From the NCBI GenBank assembly GCA_964558935.1, contig CAZLFP010000001.1, forward strand, positions 5,299 to 69,298: DNA of 64,000 nt, in the 5' to 3' direction. The translations under genes were made by a program, and so were the position numbers. Position 1 is the first letter of the stretch. Each line of letters begins with the position of its first letter. The notes beneath the pieces are model-generated. The model was given only the letters and a program-made list of their open reading frames with translations, ran no database searches and was not told where the DNA came from. Source of the DNA: an uncultured Gammaproteobacteria bacterium (GTDB lineage Bacteria > Patescibacteriota > Patescibacteriia > 2-01-FULL-39-33). Below, piece after piece: positions 9,878 through 19,191 of this stretch.

Positions 9878-9906
9878 ATTGTAAGCATAATCCGAAGAAA
9901 AGTCAA
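9878..9906 (-). promoter_or_regulatory. sigma70-like promoter for rpmE
   Basis: On the minus strand, TTGACT, a 17-nt spacer, then TACAAT. Confidence 0.45.
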
Positions 9907-9944
9907 GCCTTGATTTCTAATTTTAAATATGATAATCTGCAAGT

Positions 9945-10057
9945 ACCTACCAACGTGCGGTAGGAGGTCAGACTCCGTCTTGCCTTCTGGGAGTGGATTG
10001 CAAAAAATTGCCCCTCATACGCAGCAACTGCTACCCAGAAGGCAAGACCTTTTTTAT
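9945..10057 (+). ncRNA. candidate small RNA 4 (~110 nt) upstream of rpsB promoter
   Basis: Promoter TTGATT (9910-9915), a 17-nt spacer, then TAATCT. Hairpin CCTACC..GGTAGG, then a 15-bp stem GTCTTGCCTTCTGGG / CCCAGAAGGCAAGAC + TTTTTT. Confidence 0.35.
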
Positions 10058-10086
10058 TTGACAATTTAGCTTAATAATGTTAAATT
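10058..10086 (+). promoter_or_regulatory. sigma70-like promoter for rpsB-tsf
   Basis: TTGACA at 10058-10063, a 17-nt spacer, then TAAATT. Confidence 0.45.
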
Positions 10087-10174
10087 ATCTAAGTTAATCA
10101 TAATCACTCATGCTTTCTAATAATTATCCTTGCTCATATTTTGAGTTATGAAAGCAGAGGTAGAAAGGACAAGT

Positions 10175-10870
10175 ATGCAATTACCCACAATTTTGGAATT
10201 ACTCCAATCCGGTGTCCATTTTGGCCACCAAAAAAGCCGCTGGCATCCTAAGATGGCAGATTTTGTGTTTATTGAAAGAAACAATGTTCATGTTATTGAT
10301 CTGGAAAAAACTTTAGAACAACTGAAGTTGGCTTTAGATTTTGTACAACAAGTTATTAAACAAGACGGCACTATTTTGTTCATTGGCACCAAAAAACAGG
10401 GCCAAGCGATTATTAAGAAGTATGCCCAAGAGGTGAATATGCCATATATCACTGAAAGATGGATTGGCGGTATGTTCACTAACTTCAGCAATGTTAACAA
10501 ATTGATTAAAAAGTACAAAGATTTTATCGAGAAAAAGGAGTCTGGTGCTTTGGCTAAGTACACTAAGAAGGAAAGAGTGGAATTTGACAAGCAAATTGAC
10601 AAACTGGAAAAGTTCGTCGGTGGCTTGGTTAATTTAAAAAAGATTCCGGAAGCCATTTTTGTGTTAGATGCTAAACAACAGAAGACAGCCATTGCCGAAG
10701 CCAGAAAAAAGCAAGTGCCTATTATCGGTTTTTGCGACACTAATATTAATCCTGAGATTATGGATTATCCGATTCCAGCTAATGATGACGCTGTTAAATC
10801 GATTGAAAAAATTACCGCCTTGGTAGCAGAGGCTATCCAAGAAGCTCAAAACCAGAAAAATAACAAATAA
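10175..10870 (+). CDS. rpsB: 30S ribosomal protein S2
   Basis: S2 signature VHFGHQKSRWHPKM. SD AAGGAC precedes ATG 10175; the track ORF starts upstream at 10148. Confidence 0.9.
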   Translation: MQLPTILELLQSGVHFGHQKSRWHPKMADFVFIERNNVHVIDLEKTLEQLKLALDFVQQVIKQDGTILFIGTKKQGQAIIKKYAQEVNMPYITERWIGGMFTNFSNVNKLIKKYKDFIEKKESGALAKYTKKERVEFDKQIDKLEKFVGGLVNLKKIPEAIFVLDAKQQKTAIAEARKKQVPIIGFCDTNINPEIMDYPIPANDDAVKSIEKITALVAEAIQEAQNQKNNK

Positions 10871-10881
10871 TAGTTAAAGCC

Positions 10882-11658
10882 ATGGAGATTAATTTGCAAA
10901 CCATTTCGGATTTACGTGCTCAAACCGGAGCTGGCATTGCCGATTGCAAAAAAGCTTTGGAAGAAGCTAATGGAGACATTGCCATTGCCATAGAAAATTT
11001 GCGCAAAAAGGGAGAATTAAAAGCCGCTAAAAAGACAGACCGGGCCACTAAAGAAGGTTTGGTCGCCTTAGCTCAAGAAGATAACAAGGTGGCGGCCGTG
11101 GTTTTGGCTTGCGAAACAGATTTTGTGTCTCGCAACCAGGATTTCATACAAGTCACAGAAAATTTTGCTCAGACCTTGCTTCAAGCGGAAGATTTAGAGC
11201 AGTTCAAAGCCCAAGCTGAGGACCGAATTAAAAGCGAGTTAATCGTCAAAATTGGCGAGAACATTCAACTGGCAGATTACGGAGTTTTAACCGGAGAAAC
11301 AGTGGGCAGTTATCTGCACAGCAACAAGAAAACCGCGGCTGTCGTGGTACTGTCTGGTGGCCAAGTTGAATTGGCGAATGATTTGGCCATGCAAGTGACT
11401 GCCATGTCTCCTCAATACGTAAGACCGGAAGATATTCCGGATGAAGAAATTGCTAAGGAAAAAGAAATCTACCGTGAGCAATTAAAAGCCGAAGGCAAGC
11501 CAGAACAAATTTGGGATAAGATTATTGAGGGTAAATTAAATAAATTTTACCAAGATGTTTGTCTAGAGCATCAGGAATATATTAAAGATGATTCCAAACG
11601 AGTTAAAGATTTGTTGGGTGAAGTAAGGATTGTAGACTTTAAGAAATATAGTGTTTAA
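10882..11658 (+). CDS. tsf: elongation factor Ts
   Basis: UBA-like N-terminus AGIADCKKALEEANGDI followed by the EF-Ts dimerisation domain. Standard rpsB-tsf arrangement. Confidence 0.85.
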   Translation: MEINLQTISDLRAQTGAGIADCKKALEEANGDIAIAIENLRKKGELKAAKKTDRATKEGLVALAQEDNKVAAVVLACETDFVSRNQDFIQVTENFAQTLLQAEDLEQFKAQAEDRIKSELIVKIGENIQLADYGVLTGETVGSYLHSNKKTAAVVVLSGGQVELANDLAMQVTAMSPQYVRPEDIPDEEIAKEKEIYREQLKAEGKPEQIWDKIIEGKLNKFYQDVCLEHQEYIKDDSKRVKDLLGEVRIVDFKKYSV

Positions 11659-12478
11659 TATGCAAATTGCTTTGGTTCAATTTTCGTCTTGGGACAAGGT
11701 TTATTATTTTAATCCGAACGATTTGAAATTGAAACAAGCAGATTGGGTGGTGGTTACGACTGAATTCGGCAGTGAAGTCGGCAAGATAATTGGCTTTAAG
11801 GAATTGTCTGAATCAGAGTTAAAGGAGATCGAGGATCTAAAACCGATCGATCGAACAGCCACGACTGAAGCTTGGGAAGTTGTCAATACGGTAAATGATC
11901 GAGATAAAAAGAGCCAAGCCTTGGATTTTTGTCGTCAGGCTGCCAAGAGGCATAACTTGGAAATTAAGATAGTCGACTGTCATTTTTCCTATGACGACAG
12001 AAGACTGACCATTGCTTTTATTGCCGACGGTCGAATAGATTTTCGTGAATTGGTTAAAGATTTGGCCAGACATTTCCAAAAATCCATCCGTTTGCATCAA
12101 TTGGGTGTCAGAGACGAAGCTAAAATCGACGGAGATATTGGTCCATGCGGACGCGTTTTATGTTGCGCCAGCTATTTAAAGGAATTGGGCAATGTCTCTT
12201 CAGATTTGGCGGAACAGCAACAAATTGCCCACCGAGGTTCTGACCGGTTGTCCGGAGTATGTTCCAGATTAAAGTGTTGCCTAGCTTATGAAAAAGATTT
12301 GTACGACAAATTGGCCAAAAAACTGCCTGCTATTGGCACCAGAGTCAGGACTAAGCATGGTCGGGGAGAGATTATTGGTTGGCATGTTCTAAAAGGAAGT
12401 GTTGATGTTAAAATAGATCCGGAAGCTGGCAAGGAAGATGATAGACCCCTGATTGTGGAAGTACCGATTAAAGATTAG
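11651..12478 (+). CDS. PSP1 C-terminal domain protein (RicT/YaaT-like)
   Basis: Cys-rich motifs CGRVLCCASYLKE and CSRLKCCLAYE resemble the PSP1 domain. Confidence 0.55.
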   Translation: MFNMQIALVQFSSWDKVYYFNPNDLKLKQADWVVVTTEFGSEVGKIIGFKELSESELKEIEDLKPIDRTATTEAWEVVNTVNDRDKKSQALDFCRQAAKRHNLEIKIVDCHFSYDDRRLTIAFIADGRIDFRELVKDLARHFQKSIRLHQLGVRDEAKIDGDIGPCGRVLCCASYLKELGNVSSDLAEQQQIAHRGSDRLSGVCSRLKCCLAYEKDLYDKLAKKLPAIGTRVRTKHGRGEIIGWHVLKGSVDVKIDPEAGKEDDRPLIVEVPIKD

Positions 12479-12486
12479 AGTATCAA

Positions 12487-12520
12487 ATATTACACTTAAC
12501 CAGGTGTAATATTTTTTTTT
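12487..12520 (+). terminator. intrinsic terminator
   Basis: 10-bp stem AATATTACAC / GTGTAATATT followed by a T-run. Confidence 0.6.
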
Positions 12521-12567
12521 CATTTTTTTTGGTATAATACCAGTAATCTAATCCATAACTCATTCCC

Positions 12568-13578
12568 ATGCTTAAAATTGCGATTAACGGTTTTGGCCGA
12601 ATTGGCCGAGCAGCTTTTAAAGTGGCGTTAACCAAGCAGAATTTACAAGTGGTAGCCATTAATGACTTAACTGAAGCTAAGCTACTGGCTCATTTACTCA
12701 AATACGATACTGTATACGGTACGCATCCCGCTAAAATTAGTGCCACTCATCATCAGTTGAAAGTGGACGGGCAGGTCATTCCTTTTTACCAACAGCCAGA
12801 TCCGGCCAAATTGCCCTGGCAGGAATTGGGAGTAGATATTGTTTTGGAATGTACCGGTTTTTTTAAGACACAAGATGCGGCTCAAGCTCACTTGAAAGCT
12901 GGTGCTAAGCGGGTGATTATCTCAGCTCCAGCCAAGGATGAAGTCACTAAAACACTGGTTCTGGGTACTGCCAAGACAAGTCAGACACTTAAAAAGCCTT
13001 TGAGAGATAAAATTATTTCAATGGCCTCTTGTACCACCAATTGTGTAGCGCCTATTATCCAGATTTTACATGATACTTATGGAGTAGACAAAGCAATTAT
13101 GACCACCGCTCATGCTTACACCTCCACCCAGAATTTAGTGGATGGTCCAAATAAGGATTTAAGACGAGCCAGAGCAGCTGCTGCCAATCTGATTTTAACC
13201 ACCACCGGTGCGGCTATCTCAACCACTCAAACCATTCCCCAGCTGAAAGATAAATTTCATGGTATTGCTTTGAGAGTGCCCATCACTTGTGGTTCAATTG
13301 TCGATTTGGTAGCTGTTTTGAAAAGAAAACAAGTTACTTCAGATGATATAAATCAGGCTTTTTTAAACGCTGCCAAAAAACCAGATTACCGTAGAGTATT
13401 GAGTGTCAACCGTTTGCCTTTGGTTTCTTCGGATATCGTCGGCAATCCGTATTCAACTATTATTGACGCTGACTTTACTCAAGTAGTAGGCGGTAATTTG
13501 GTTAAGATCATGGCTTGGTATGACAATGAATGGGGTTATTCCAACCGGCTGGTGGAAATGGCTCAGAGTTTAAAGTAG
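12568..13578 (+). CDS. gap: type I glyceraldehyde-3-phosphate dehydrogenase
   Basis: NAD-binding INGFGRIGR, catalytic ASCTTNC and C-terminal WYDNEWGYS. An extended -10 TGGTATAAT lies upstream. Confidence 0.9.
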   Translation: MLKIAINGFGRIGRAAFKVALTKQNLQVVAINDLTEAKLLAHLLKYDTVYGTHPAKISATHHQLKVDGQVIPFYQQPDPAKLPWQELGVDIVLECTGFFKTQDAAQAHLKAGAKRVIISAPAKDEVTKTLVLGTAKTSQTLKKPLRDKIISMASCTTNCVAPIIQILHDTYGVDKAIMTTAHAYTSTQNLVDGPNKDLRRARAAAANLILTTTGAAISTTQTIPQLKDKFHGIALRVPITCGSIVDLVAVLKRKQVTSDDINQAFLNAAKKPDYRRVLSVNRLPLVSSDIVGNPYSTIIDADFTQVVGGNLVKIMAWYDNEWGYSNRLVEMAQSLK

Positions 13579-13608
13579 TTTAGTCAATTATTATAAAAAA
13601 GGGCCTAC

Positions 13609-14088
13609 TTAATTCGTAGGCCCATCGTGGTAATCGATGTCGAGTTCATCGATCATTTTTTTGAGGTTTTCCGAGGACGGTTCGGGTGGACAAGCTTGAT
13701 CCGGCTTTTCCGGTTCAACCTGTTCAGATTCTTCGGTTGCCTCAAACTCTTCTGATCTGTCAAAAACACAGTTAAGCGTGTTGATGATAGAACAGAAAAG
13801 ATGAGTCAAGTCACTCTCAGTGTAAACAAAAGATTCTTTGGTGTCCGGATTGAATATGCTACAGGTTAAGCCCAGACTTTCATTGGCTTGACCTTCGACG
13901 CATTGTTCAATTTCCAAACTACCTTCCAGAGCCGCTGCTTTGCTTTGCATGAATTTGTCCAAGCTGGATAGCTGCCAGCGGGTTAGGCGATTGCAAGCTT
14001 CCACATACAAGCGGTATAGCAGGCGACCTTCAGCTAGACTGATTTCATACTCGTAGAAACCATCGATCAGGCATCGTTCACGCTTCAT
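13609..14088 (-). CDS. hypothetical protein (GC-elevated orphan)
   Basis: SD AAGGAGGG precedes the ATG. The 8-bp terminator hairpin GGGCCTAC/GTAGGCCC with T-run (minus strand) overlaps the stop. No recognisable domain. Confidence 0.45.
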   Translation of the reverse strand: MKRERCLIDGFYEYEISLAEGRLLYRLYVEACNRLTRWQLSSLDKFMQSKAAALEGSLEIEQCVEGQANESLGLTCSIFNPDTKESFVYTESDLTHLFCSIINTLNCVFDRSEEFEATEESEQVEPEKPDQACPPEPSSENLKKMIDELDIDYHDGPTN

Positions 14089-14160
14089 ATCTCGGCCCTC
14101 CTTGGTTTAGACTGCAGGACTGACTTTATTATTCCCAATATCTGCTTAATAGTCAAACAG

Positions 14161-14188
14161 TTGACAGCAGTTTTGGATCTGGTACAAT
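14161..14188 (+). promoter_or_regulatory. sigma70-like promoter
   Basis: TTGACA, a 16-nt spacer, then TACAAT. Confidence 0.45.
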
Positions 14189-14234
14189 GAGCGGAGCAGT
14201 AGTTTCTGTTGGCAGTACATAGGAGGAAAGTGTC

Positions 14235-14696
14235 ATGTCAGTCAACTGGAGTGAAGTCAATGTGGATTGGAGTAATGCCACTCCTTTCGCGCTGAAGTTG
14301 CGTGAACGCATTGAAGGTCGGAGATTTGACCATGAGATCTTGGATGGAGAAGAAATTAGAGCCTTTCTTAAGGTTGAAACAGACGGTTTAACTCTGAGTG
14401 TTCATCATTGTGATTTAACGCGAACCAGGGTTTTACTTTTGTCAGGCATGATTCTGGCGATTGTCGAGATTGGCCAGAATCATCTGATTCCCAAATGGTG
14501 CGGTCCGACTTTTGAAGCTGACAGCGGCATCGGTTCTGAACAGGAAAGATACAAGAAGAGATATGCCTTCTTGTTGGAAATTGACAAGCAGCTTGTCGAT
14601 GGAATCAACATCCGGTACATTTCGGCTGATCAGGTGTTTCGAATGCCGCATCGGGCACCGGCCATCTTGTATGTCGAGTCACGGAAAGATTTCTGA
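14235..14696 (+). CDS. hypothetical protein (GC-elevated orphan)
   Basis: SD AGGAGG precedes the ATG and a terminator follows. No recognisable domain. Confidence 0.45.
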   Translation: MSVNWSEVNVDWSNATPFALKLRERIEGRRFDHEILDGEEIRAFLKVETDGLTLSVHHCDLTRTRVLLLSGMILAIVEIGQNHLIPKWCGPTFEADSGIGSEQERYKKRYAFLLEIDKQLVDGINIRYISADQVFRMPHRAPAILYVESRKDF

Positions 14697-14702
14697 TTAT
14701 TT

Positions 14703-14741
14703 GTGGGGAAGCGACCGAGGATCGCTTCCCACTTCTTTTTT
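14703..14741 (+). terminator. intrinsic terminator
   Basis: Stem GTGGGGAAGCGA / TCGCTTCCCAC followed by a T-run. Confidence 0.55.
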
Positions 14742-14808
14742 GACTGTAGATCTTGCTAAATTTAAAATAATTTGCTAAAGTTATAAACGTCTAAAACATA
14801 GCTTAACT

Positions 14809-16632
14809 ATGGCACAAAAATGGTTGCATAAGTTATTTAACCCTGGTCCGCGCGGTAAACTACGCTGGGCGGTTTTTGGTTTGTTAATCGTCTTTGTTTT
14901 GGCTGTCTTCTTTAATGTCATTGGCTTTGCCAATCCTGGAGCCGATTATGTTAACAGCGCATTAAAACAAGTGCCTGCTATTAGTGGTCTTAAAATCTGG
15001 CCAGCTGTCGAGACTAATCCGGTAGATAACAGTAAGGTTTTGGTATGGAAAAATTTGGCTGAGATAGATTTTAACACTTATGGCATGCCGTTTCGCCTGG
15101 GTCTAGATTTGCTGGGCGGCACTCACTTGGTTTACCAGGCTGACTTGTCCCAGGTAGATCCAATGGAACATGCGCAAGCAGTAGAAGGTGTTAGAGATGT
15201 GATTGAAAGACGAGTAAACGTGTTGGGTGTTTCCGAGCCCTTGGTTCAAACCAACAAAGTTGACAATGATTGGCGGGTGATTATTGAATTAGCTGGCGTG
15301 TATGATGTTAACCAAGCCATTGAGATGATTGGTGAAACTCCGCTGCTGGAATTTAAATTGGATACTGGCAGAACAACTCAATTGGATCCCGAACAACAAG
15401 CGCAACTGGACCAAGCCAATGCTGAGGTTAAACAGCTAGCCCAAGAGGTGTTAGAGCGGATTGTTAACGGTGAAGATATCGCCAGTTTAGCTGCTGAGTA
15501 TTCCGATGATCCGGGCAGTAAGGAAAACGGTGGATTGTATCAAGGAGTGACTCAGGGTATGTTTGTGCCGGCTTTTGATGAAGTTATTTTTAATCAATTA
15601 CAAGCCGGAGAGCTTAACCCAGACTTGGTTGAAACTCAGTTTGGTTACCATATTATTAAAAAAGAAGCGGAAAATGAGGTTGACGGTCAAAGACAAGTGG
15701 ATGTCAGACATATTTTATTGGCTGCCAAGACACCAGCTGATTTTGGATGGTCTGTTGAGCCAGAGTGGGAGAATACGGGTTTGACCGGTCAGCATCTGAA
15801 AAAAGCGACTGTCTATTTCCAGCAACAAGCCAATATTCCGCAAGTTCAATTAGAGTTTAACAACGAGGGGTCAGATTTATTTGCAGATATTACTCGCAAC
15901 AATTCTGGTAAAATGTTGGGTATTTTTTTAGACGGTTATCCAATCAGTCTGCCTAGAATCAATGAACCGATTTTATCTGGAGAAGCGGTTATTACCGGTG
16001 ATTTCAGTCCTCAGGAAGCTAAACTCTTAGCTCAAAGATTAAACGCCGGAGCTCTACCGGTGCCCATCAATCTCATTTCTCAAACCACTGTCGGTGCTAG
16101 CTTGGGTGCAGCTTCAGTTGAAAAAAGCTTAGTGTCCGGTATTTGGGGGTTGATATTGGTAGCCATCTTTATGATTATAATCTACCGTTTGCCGGGTATT
16201 ATGTCAGTTTTGGCTCTGGCTTTGTACACCGCTTTAGTCTTGTTGGTCTTTAAATTAGGCGGTGTCACCTTGACTTTGGCTGGTATTGCTGGCTTTATTT
16301 TGTCCATTGGTATGGCGGTGGATGCTAATGTTCTAATCTTCGAAAGATTGAAAGAGGAATTAAAGATTGGCCAGGATTTAACCACAGCTGTCGAACAGGG
16401 TTTTAATCGAGCATGGAGTTCCATTCGAGATTCCAATATTTCTTCCCTGATCACTTGCGGGATTTTATTTTGGTTCGGCTCCAGTATTATTAAGGGTTTT
16501 GCACTAACCTTGGGTTTGGGTATTCTGGTCTCAATGTTTTCTGCAATTGTCGTAACCAAACAATTTTTAAGATTAATTGCCAAGTGGCCGGTGAGTAAGT
16601 TTCTATGGTTGTACGGCTTGAATAAAAAATAG
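14809..16632 (+). CDS. secD: protein translocase subunit SecD with an inserted parvulin-type (PpiC) peptidyl-prolyl isomerase domain
   Basis: N-terminal TM, P1-domain motifs, then a rotamase motif (DIASLAAEYSDDPGSKENGGLYQGV...FGYHIIK), then the SecD C-terminal TM bundle. Confidence 0.8.
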   Translation: MAQKWLHKLFNPGPRGKLRWAVFGLLIVFVLAVFFNVIGFANPGADYVNSALKQVPAISGLKIWPAVETNPVDNSKVLVWKNLAEIDFNTYGMPFRLGLDLLGGTHLVYQADLSQVDPMEHAQAVEGVRDVIERRVNVLGVSEPLVQTNKVDNDWRVIIELAGVYDVNQAIEMIGETPLLEFKLDTGRTTQLDPEQQAQLDQANAEVKQLAQEVLERIVNGEDIASLAAEYSDDPGSKENGGLYQGVTQGMFVPAFDEVIFNQLQAGELNPDLVETQFGYHIIKKEAENEVDGQRQVDVRHILLAAKTPADFGWSVEPEWENTGLTGQHLKKATVYFQQQANIPQVQLEFNNEGSDLFADITRNNSGKMLGIFLDGYPISLPRINEPILSGEAVITGDFSPQEAKLLAQRLNAGALPVPINLISQTTVGASLGAASVEKSLVSGIWGLILVAIFMIIIYRLPGIMSVLALALYTALVLLVFKLGGVTLTLAGIAGFILSIGMAVDANVLIFERLKEELKIGQDLTTAVEQGFNRAWSSIRDSNISSLITCGILFWFGSSIIKGFALTLGLGILVSMFSAIVVTKQFLRLIAKWPVSKFLWLYGLNKK

Positions 16633-16633
16633 T

Positions 16634-17554
16634 ATGCAATACAGTATTGTTAAAAAAAGAAATTTTTTCTATCTGGTGTCTGCCAGCTTAATGCTTGCCA
16701 GTCTTATTAGTTTAAGTGTTTGGGGTTTGAAACTGGGTATTGATTTTACCGGTGGCAGTTTAATGGAGTTGAATTTTAGTCAGTCTCGACCGGAGAGTCA
16801 AGAGATCAAAGATGTTCTGGCTGAGTTTGACCTGGGAGACATTAAGGTTCAATCGGCAGGTGAGACTGCCGTGATGATTCGCTTTAAAGATATTGATGAA
16901 GCGATGCATCAGCAGATTCTAGATAAATTGAAATCTACTTACCAAGTGGAGGAAGAGTTGACTTTTGAAGAACAGCGTTTTGAATCGATCGGACCGGTGA
17001 TTGGGCAGGAATTAAAACAAAAAGCTGTTTGGGCGATTGGTCTGGCGGTGGTGATGATTATCTTATACATTGCCTATGCTTTTAGACAGGTGTCAAAACC
17101 GGTGGCTTCTTGGAAATTTGGTATTGCCGCAATTCTGGCTTTAATTCATGATATTGTAATCGTTACCGGCCTATTTTCTGTACTTGGTCACGTTCAGGGC
17201 GTGGAAATAGACTCTTTGTTTATTACTGCTTTGTTAACGATTTTAGGTTTTTCCGTGCATGATACCATTGTGGTTTTTGACAGAACAAGAGAAAACTTAA
17301 AAAAGCATTACACTGCCGATTTCGAAGAAGTGGTCAGCGACAGTGTCAACCAAACCATTACCAGATCCATCAATACCTCAGTGACCACTTTACTTGTTTT
17401 AGTTACCATGTATATATATGGTGGTTCAAGCATTGCTAATTTCATTCTAGCTTTAATTGTTGGAGTGATCATTGGAACATACTCTTCAATTTTTGTGGCT
17501 AGTCCCATTATTGTAAGTTGGCAGCGTTGGGATCAGAAACGCAAGTCTGCTTAA
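16634..17554 (+). CDS. secF: protein translocase subunit SecF
   Basis: SecF signature FTGGSLMELNF and a 6-TM C-terminus. Adjacent to secD. Confidence 0.85.
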   Translation: MQYSIVKKRNFFYLVSASLMLASLISLSVWGLKLGIDFTGGSLMELNFSQSRPESQEIKDVLAEFDLGDIKVQSAGETAVMIRFKDIDEAMHQQILDKLKSTYQVEEELTFEEQRFESIGPVIGQELKQKAVWAIGLAVVMIILYIAYAFRQVSKPVASWKFGIAAILALIHDIVIVTGLFSVLGHVQGVEIDSLFITALLTILGFSVHDTIVVFDRTRENLKKHYTADFEEVVSDSVNQTITRSINTSVTTLLVLVTMYIYGGSSIANFILALIVGVIIGTYSSIFVASPIIVSWQRWDQKRKSA

Positions 17555-17579
17555 CTAAGCAGCACTGGGAGGGAAGATT

Positions 17580-17831
17580 ATGAATTGGAAGTTAGTTATT
17601 GGCGTTAAGAGACTGTTGGGCCTGCCAGTGATTGACTGGTCAAAGATTAACTTTAGGGATATGAATCATGCCTTGGGGTTGGGTTATTGCTATCTGCCCA
17701 AACCGGGCTTGGATGAAGGTCAATTACCGGCAGATTTTGATCCGGATACCAGACCGGATCTGTTTCTCAAACATAAGCTGACTCAAGCAGACAGGCACGC
17801 CATACAACGCCTTGTTCGTCCTCGCAAGTAG
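17580..17831 (+). CDS. hypothetical small protein (83 aa)
   Basis: Strong SD GGGAGGGAAG precedes the ATG. No recognisable domain. Confidence 0.4.
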   Translation: MNWKLVIGVKRLLGLPVIDWSKINFRDMNHALGLGYCYLPKPGLDEGQLPADFDPDTRPDLFLKHKLTQADRHAIQRLVRPRK

Positions 17832-17879
17832 CCAAGATTCGTTCTTGGCTCTTATTATTGTGAATATTATACCATTTGT

Positions 17880-17908
17880 TTGACAAAAATAATTATTCTT
17901 GATATAAT
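17880..17908 (+). promoter_or_regulatory. sigma70-like promoter
   Basis: TTGACA at 17880-17885, a 17-nt spacer, then TATAAT at 17903-17908. The track ORF start at 17880 coincides with this -35 element. Confidence 0.5.
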
Positions 17909-17984
17909 TAAAACATCAAGTCAAGATATTGGTATTTTTTGTTTAAATTTAGACAAATATACCTCATTATTGATTACTAAAAAT

Positions 17985-19130
17985 ATGTCAATATTAGATC
18001 AGGTTAGAAAAAATCAATTTCAAGAACAATTAGCCGGTTTCAATCCTGTTGAAACCCTGGCTATTTTATTTTCTCGTTTATCTGAGAAAGAAAAAGATAT
18101 TCTGGAACGCAGATTCGGCTTATCTAGCGGAGACAGACAGACTTTAGAAGAGATTGGCGGTCAATATAACATCACTCGGGAAAGAGTTAGACAGATTGAG
18201 AATTTAAGCATCAAGAAATTGAAAGATTTAGAGGAATTGAGGGCTGAAATTTCTCAAGCTGAAAAGGTAACTGCTCAATTATTGGAGCAGTACGGAGGTG
18301 TTATGGAAGAGTTATTCTTTTTAGAGCATATCTTAAGCTATTTGGAAGATCATCCCAACAGTCAGAATGCTTTATTGTTTTTGGCTGAATATATCTTTTC
18401 TGACAACGTTAACAAAATTCACTATGACAAAGAATTTAACAATTTATGGACAGTAGGATCGGTTGATGTTGATACTCTTAAGCAAGTTATCAACCAGATG
18501 GTTAAATTGATTCAACAGCACGGCAAACCCATAAAATTGAATGATTTGTTAGCTCAGTTCAAGGAATCGGATTATTTTCAGAAGAATCGAGATAAATTCA
18601 TTACAGCCACTACTTTCTTAGACGTGACTGATGAGGATATTGACAAAATTTTGGAAAGCTACTTAAGAGCATCGCGCAAGATTAAACAAAATTTATTTGA
18701 TGAATGGGGTCTGATTACTTGGGGTAGTGTACAGCCTAAGAAAATTAATGATAAAATATATATAGTAATGAAAAAGGCGAACAAGCCTCTGCATTTTACA
18801 GAAATTGCCCAAGCGATTAATGAGACTAAATTCGACGACAAAATTGCTTACGCGCCAACCGTCCATAATGAATTAATCCTGGATGACAAGTATGTCTTAG
18901 TGGGAAGAGGTATTTATGCTTTAAAGGAGTGGGGTTACAAACCCGGCAGCGTAGCTCAAGTTTTGGAAGATTTACTCAGAGAACATGGCCCTTTATCTAA
19001 GGATGAGATCATTGAAAAAGTGTTGGAACGTAGAAATGTTAAAAGCTCAACAATCTATTTATCTTTGATGAACAACAAGAATATTAAGCGTACCAAGGAT
19101 AATAAGTACATGTTAGTGGAAGGTAAGTAA
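17985..19130 (+). CDS. sigma-70 region-4 (HTH) domain protein with ~300-aa C-terminal domain of unknown function
   Basis: ILERRFGLSSGDRQTLEEIGGQYNITRERVRQIENLSIKKL matches sigma70 region 4. Confidence 0.6.
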   Translation: MSILDQVRKNQFQEQLAGFNPVETLAILFSRLSEKEKDILERRFGLSSGDRQTLEEIGGQYNITRERVRQIENLSIKKLKDLEELRAEISQAEKVTAQLLEQYGGVMEELFFLEHILSYLEDHPNSQNALLFLAEYIFSDNVNKIHYDKEFNNLWTVGSVDVDTLKQVINQMVKLIQQHGKPIKLNDLLAQFKESDYFQKNRDKFITATTFLDVTDEDIDKILESYLRASRKIKQNLFDEWGLITWGSVQPKKINDKIYIVMKKANKPLHFTEIAQAINETKFDDKIAYAPTVHNELILDDKYVLVGRGIYALKEWGYKPGSVAQVLEDLLREHGPLSKDEIIEKVLERRNVKSSTIYLSLMNNKNIKRTKDNKYMLVEGK

Positions 19131-19191
19131 TTGGTACTTAATGGCTGCTGATCTTCGGTAGCCATTAGAGACCAATCTCAGGTGACAAATT

